From assembly GCA_050486505.1 (NCBI GenBank), contig JBJHDK010000004.1, positions 2,548 through 66,547 of the forward strand: 64,000 nt of DNA, written 5' to 3'. The DNA comes from Fibrobacteria bacterium (GTDB lineage Bacteria; Fibrobacterota; Fibrobacteria; UBA11236). The notes under the pieces are model-generated. The model ran no database searches and was not told the origin of the DNA. It was given only the letters and a program-made list of their open reading frames with translations. Each line of letters opens with the position of its first letter. The first letter of the stretch is position 1. Below, in pieces: positions 61,374-64,000 of this stretch. Both the position numbers and the translations under genes were made by a program.

Positions 61374-61969
61374 GTTTCTCCCGCCTTCGAAGTCACGACG
61401 ACATAATACGTTCTGGCAATGCCCGGGAGCACATAGGGATGGTTTTCCACATCCTCGTAACCCGGCGGCACATCGTGGCACATCTCCGCCTTGAATGTCA
61501 TGAACTGGCCTTGCGGCTTCAGCATCTTGTAGGCCAGCTTTGCGTCGCGCGTGAACTCTCCGAAAGCACGGCAGCAGACCACGTCCATGTGGGAGAGGTA
61601 CACGCGTTCCACGCGCTCGGCAAGAATATGGAAGTTCGGGATGCGAACCTCGCGAATGATCTCCTGCATCAGGGCGCACTTTTTCTGATTGGGCTCGATG
61701 GCGAAGAAATCGATGTCGGGGCATGCGATCGCCAATGGCAACGAAGGAAGACCCGGGCCCGCACCCATGTCTGCAAGCTTGTTCACCTCGTTGAAGAACG
61801 GGATCAACTGCAGCGAGTCAACGATGTGGCGCTCCCAGATCAGCGCCTCATCCTGCTGGCTGACAAGGTTCAGGTTCCTGTTCCAGCGTTTGTAAATCCC
61901 TTCAAGCGTCCGGAGTTTCTTCTGGATTTTGGCATCAAGCGTGGAGGGATCAAACAGGAGACCATTCAT
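61370..61969 (-). CDS. rsmG: 16S rRNA (guanine527-N7)-methyltransferase RsmG (GidB)
   Basis: 199-aa GidB family protein (…LADMGAGPGLPSLPLAIA…) in the classic rsmG-parA-parB arrangement. Confidence 0.9.
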   Translation of the reverse strand: MNGLLFDPSTLDAKIQKKLRTLEGIYKRWNRNLNLVSQQDEALIWERHIVDSLQLIPFFNEVNKLADMGAGPGLPSLPLAIACPDIDFFAIEPNQKKCALMQEIIREVRIPNFHILAERVERVYLSHMDVVCCRAFGEFTRDAKLAYKMLKPQGQFMTFKAEMCHDVPPGYEDVENHPYVLPGIARTYYVVVTSKAGET

Positions 61970-62067
61970 AGTCCGCTAAATTTACCACAAGGTTTTGCGC
62001 TTTCAAGGAAAATGTAAGCGCGGGCCGCCACCCCCGACTCCTGATGGTCGCGCAGGATTCCCGGACA

Positions 62068-62083
62068 TGTTTCACGTGAAACA
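62068..62083. other. parS: parS centromere site 1 (TGTTTCACGTGAAACA)
   Basis: Exact match to the 16-bp parS consensus palindrome, embedded in ACATGTTTCACGTGAAACATGG. It lies in the rsmG-parAB upstream region. Confidence 0.8.
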
Positions 62084-62137
62084 TGGGGTTAATCCGGACG
62101 CCTCGATGACGTACTGTTTTGCTGGTACCCCGGTCGA

Positions 62138-62153
62138 TGTTTCACGTGAAACA
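62138..62153. other. parS: parS centromere site 2 (TGTTTCACGTGAAACA within a 28-bp perfect palindrome GGTCGATGTTTCACGTGAAACATCGACC)
   Basis: Second exact consensus parS, 70 bp from the first and flanked by extended dyad symmetry. Confidence 0.8.
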
Positions 62154-62172
62154 TCGACCGGAAGCGGGCAGG

Positions 62173-63978
62173 TTATTCCTTGTCCATCGACAAAACCGCC
62201 AAAAACGCCTCTTGGGGGATTTCCACCGTTCCCACGGCCTTCATCCGCTTTTTGCCCTCTTTCTGCTTTTCGAGGAGCTTCCGTTTGCGGGTGATGTCAC
62301 CGCCATAGCACTTCGCGGTGACGTTTTTGCGCAGGGCCTTGACCATGCTTCTGGAAATGACGCGGCCGCCAATCGCGGCCTGGATCGCGACTTCGAACAT
62401 CTGCTGCGGGATCAGCTCCTTAAGCTTGGAACACAAGGCATTTCCCCAGGTATACGCCTTGTCCCGGTGGATGATGACCGAGAACGCGTCGACGGGCTCG
62501 CCGTTCAGGAGAATATCCAGTTTGACCAGATTCCCCTTGCGGTACCCCATGGGTTCATAGTCGAACGAAGCGTACCCCTTGCTCACGGACTTAAGCTTGT
62601 CGAAAAAATCGAACATGATTTCGCCCAGGGGGAACTCGTAGGAAAGCGTCACCTTGTCGGGAGTCAGATACTCCATGTGGACATAGACCCCGCGCTTTTC
62701 CTCTGCCAGCTGCATCACACCGCCCACATACTCCTTGGGGAGGATGATCTGCGATTTAACGAATGGCTCCTCGATGCTGTCATAGCGGCCGGAATCAGGG
62801 AGTTTACTGGGGTTCTCGATCGTGATCGCCTCTCCGCCGGGGAGATTGACGTGGTACTCCACGTTGGGGACCGTGGAAATCACGTTCATGTCGAACTCGC
62901 GGTCGAGGCGCTCCCGGACCACTTCCATGTGCAGCAGCCCGAGAAATCCGACACGGTACCCGAAGCCAAGGGCCTGCGAGGTTTCGGGCTGCCACGAAAG
63001 GGCCGAGTCGTTCAGGGCGAGCTTCTCCAACGCATCGCGCAAGTCTTCGAAATCGTTCGAATCCACGGGATAGATCCCCGCAAACACCATCGGTTTGATT
63101 TCCTTGTATCCCTTCCAGGGCGCTGCAGGCGGACGGGCAGGATCGAACACCGTGTCCCCGATTTTGGTGTCCTTAACATTCTTGATGTTCGCGATGAGGT
63201 AGCCGACCTCGCCGGCCGCCAATGAATCTGTCGGAACCCGCTCCATCGTCAGGTAGCCGATGTCGGTGGCGTCGTATTCCTTGCCGGTGGCCCACATCTT
63301 GATCGCGGCCTTGTGCTTCAGGATCCCTTCGAAAACCCGGATAAAAGCGATGGCTCCCCGGTATGAGTCGAATTTCGAGTCGAAAATCAGGGCGCGCAGG
63401 GGAAGATTTCGCTCGCCTTTCGGCGGGGGGATGTCCTCGACCACGCGATCCAGCAACTCCGCGACCCCGATCCCTTCCTTGGCGGAAACCCGCGGGATCC
63501 TGTCGGGATCATATCCCAACAGCTCCCCCAGGCTTTCCGCGATATCGTCCGGATGCGCGGAGGGAAGGTCGATTTTATTCAAAATCGGCAGAACGGTCAA
63601 ATTATTGTCAATTGCTAGGTAGAGGTTGCTGAGGGTTTGCGCTTCGATCCCCTGGGTCGCATCAACAACCAGGATTGCCCCCTCACAAGCGGCAAGGCTG
63701 CGGGACACCTCGTAGGTGAAATCCACGTGCCCTGGGGTATCGATGAGGTTCAGGAAGTAGTCCTGCCCTTGGTACTGGTGCCGCATGCGGATTGCATGCG
63801 ACTTGATCGTGATGCCCCGTTCGCGCTCCAGTTCCATGTCATCGAGCACCTGTGCCTGCATTTTTTGACGGGTGATCGTCCCTGTGGCTTCGAGCATGCG
63901 GTCGGCGAGCGTGGACTTACCGTGGTCGATGTGCGCGATGATGCAGAAGTTGCGGATTTTGTCGGCGTCAGGGCGCAT
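62173..63978 (-). CDS. lepA: Elongation factor 4 (LepA)
   Basis: G-domain motifs ([23 protein letters not shown]) and the LepA-specific C-terminal domain. 601 aa. Confidence 0.95.
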   Translation of the reverse strand: MRPDADKIRNFCIIAHIDHGKSTLADRMLEATGTITRQKMQAQVLDDMELERERGITIKSHAIRMRHQYQGQDYFLNLIDTPGHVDFTYEVSRSLAACEGAILVVDATQGIEAQTLSNLYLAIDNNLTVLPILNKIDLPSAHPDDIAESLGELLGYDPDRIPRVSAKEGIGVAELLDRVVEDIPPPKGERNLPLRALIFDSKFDSYRGAIAFIRVFEGILKHKAAIKMWATGKEYDATDIGYLTMERVPTDSLAAGEVGYLIANIKNVKDTKIGDTVFDPARPPAAPWKGYKEIKPMVFAGIYPVDSNDFEDLRDALEKLALNDSALSWQPETSQALGFGYRVGFLGLLHMEVVRERLDREFDMNVISTVPNVEYHVNLPGGEAITIENPSKLPDSGRYDSIEEPFVKSQIILPKEYVGGVMQLAEEKRGVYVHMEYLTPDKVTLSYEFPLGEIMFDFFDKLKSVSKGYASFDYEPMGYRKGNLVKLDILLNGEPVDAFSVIIHRDKAYTWGNALCSKLKELIPQQMFEVAIQAAIGGRVISRSMVKALRKNVTAKCYGGDITRKRKLLEKQKEGKKRMKAVGTVEIPQEAFLAVLSMDKE

Positions 63979-64000
63979 GGGCTTCCCGGGAAAAGGCGAA

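Noticed and set aside
60600-61724. 374-aa parA ORF and 418-aa atpB ORF long N-termini
   Set aside because: Family homology starts at internal codons (parA GTG around 61373, atpB ATG 57723). The upstream extensions overlap neighbouring genes and are Arg/Pro-rich.

Overview
High-GC (about 65-68%) bacterial chromosomal segment, gene-dense, with no rRNA, tRNA, CRISPR array or obvious transposase/integrase. Because parS sites, parAB, rsmG, recF, a DUF721 gene and gyrB all sit in the last 18 kb, the window probably lies near the replication-origin side of the chromosome.

Ordinary content, in order along the window:
- aroC 3' fragment.
- A 14-subunit complex I (nuo) locus split in two: nuoABCDEFGHI at 9.1-17.2 kb and nuoJKLMN at 1.3-7.2 kb, all on the minus strand, separated by an inserted block (Phd/YefM-VapC toxin-antitoxin pair, DoxX, trmL).
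- A hydroxypyruvate-isomerase-like TIM-barrel gene, a TPR protein, and a fused secDF.
- Two tandem, translationally coupled PAS-AraC regulator paralogs, transcribed divergently from a riboflavin operon (ribD-ribE-ribBA-ribH-nusB).
- accA, a Trm112-like gene, a TPR gene, accB, accC, a DapA-family gene, argB/argC, a ferredoxin, a SAM methyltransferase, recF, DUF721 and gyrB.
- A complete F1Fo ATP synthase operon (atpZ-atpI-atpB-E-F-H-A-G-D-C) with an unusually short 82-aa epsilon subunit.
- Upstream of that operon on the same strand: rsmG-parA-parB, an M23 peptidase and a bactofilin. Two consensus parS sites lie in front of rsmG, followed by lepA.

The most interesting region is 27.8-37.1 kb. 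It is a co-directional, translationally coupled glycosylation cluster fused to the 3' end of the rib-nusB operon, containing:
- a 934-aa DUF2723 (TMEM260/TMTC-like GT-C fold) membrane protein with a C-terminal TPR array;
- a GT4 glycosyltransferase;
- a flippase-like LPG-synthase-TM protein;
- two Dpm1-like polyprenol-phosphate glycosyltransferases (GT2);
- an RmlD-like reductase;
- an unusual GT2-membrane-CoA-binding fusion protein.
This looks like an uncharacterised lipid-linked sugar-dependent periplasmic glycosylation system, possibly a protein O-glycosyltransferase system.

Other observations worth a second look:
- a family of GTAGGGGC(AAAT)-type palindromic repeats at three loci;
- a long inverted repeat with (TGGACAA)x3 between nuoG and nuoF;
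- a G9 tract and a GGGGGATCCCCC palindrome upstream of nuoJ;
- a possible degenerate FMN riboswitch in front of ribD.
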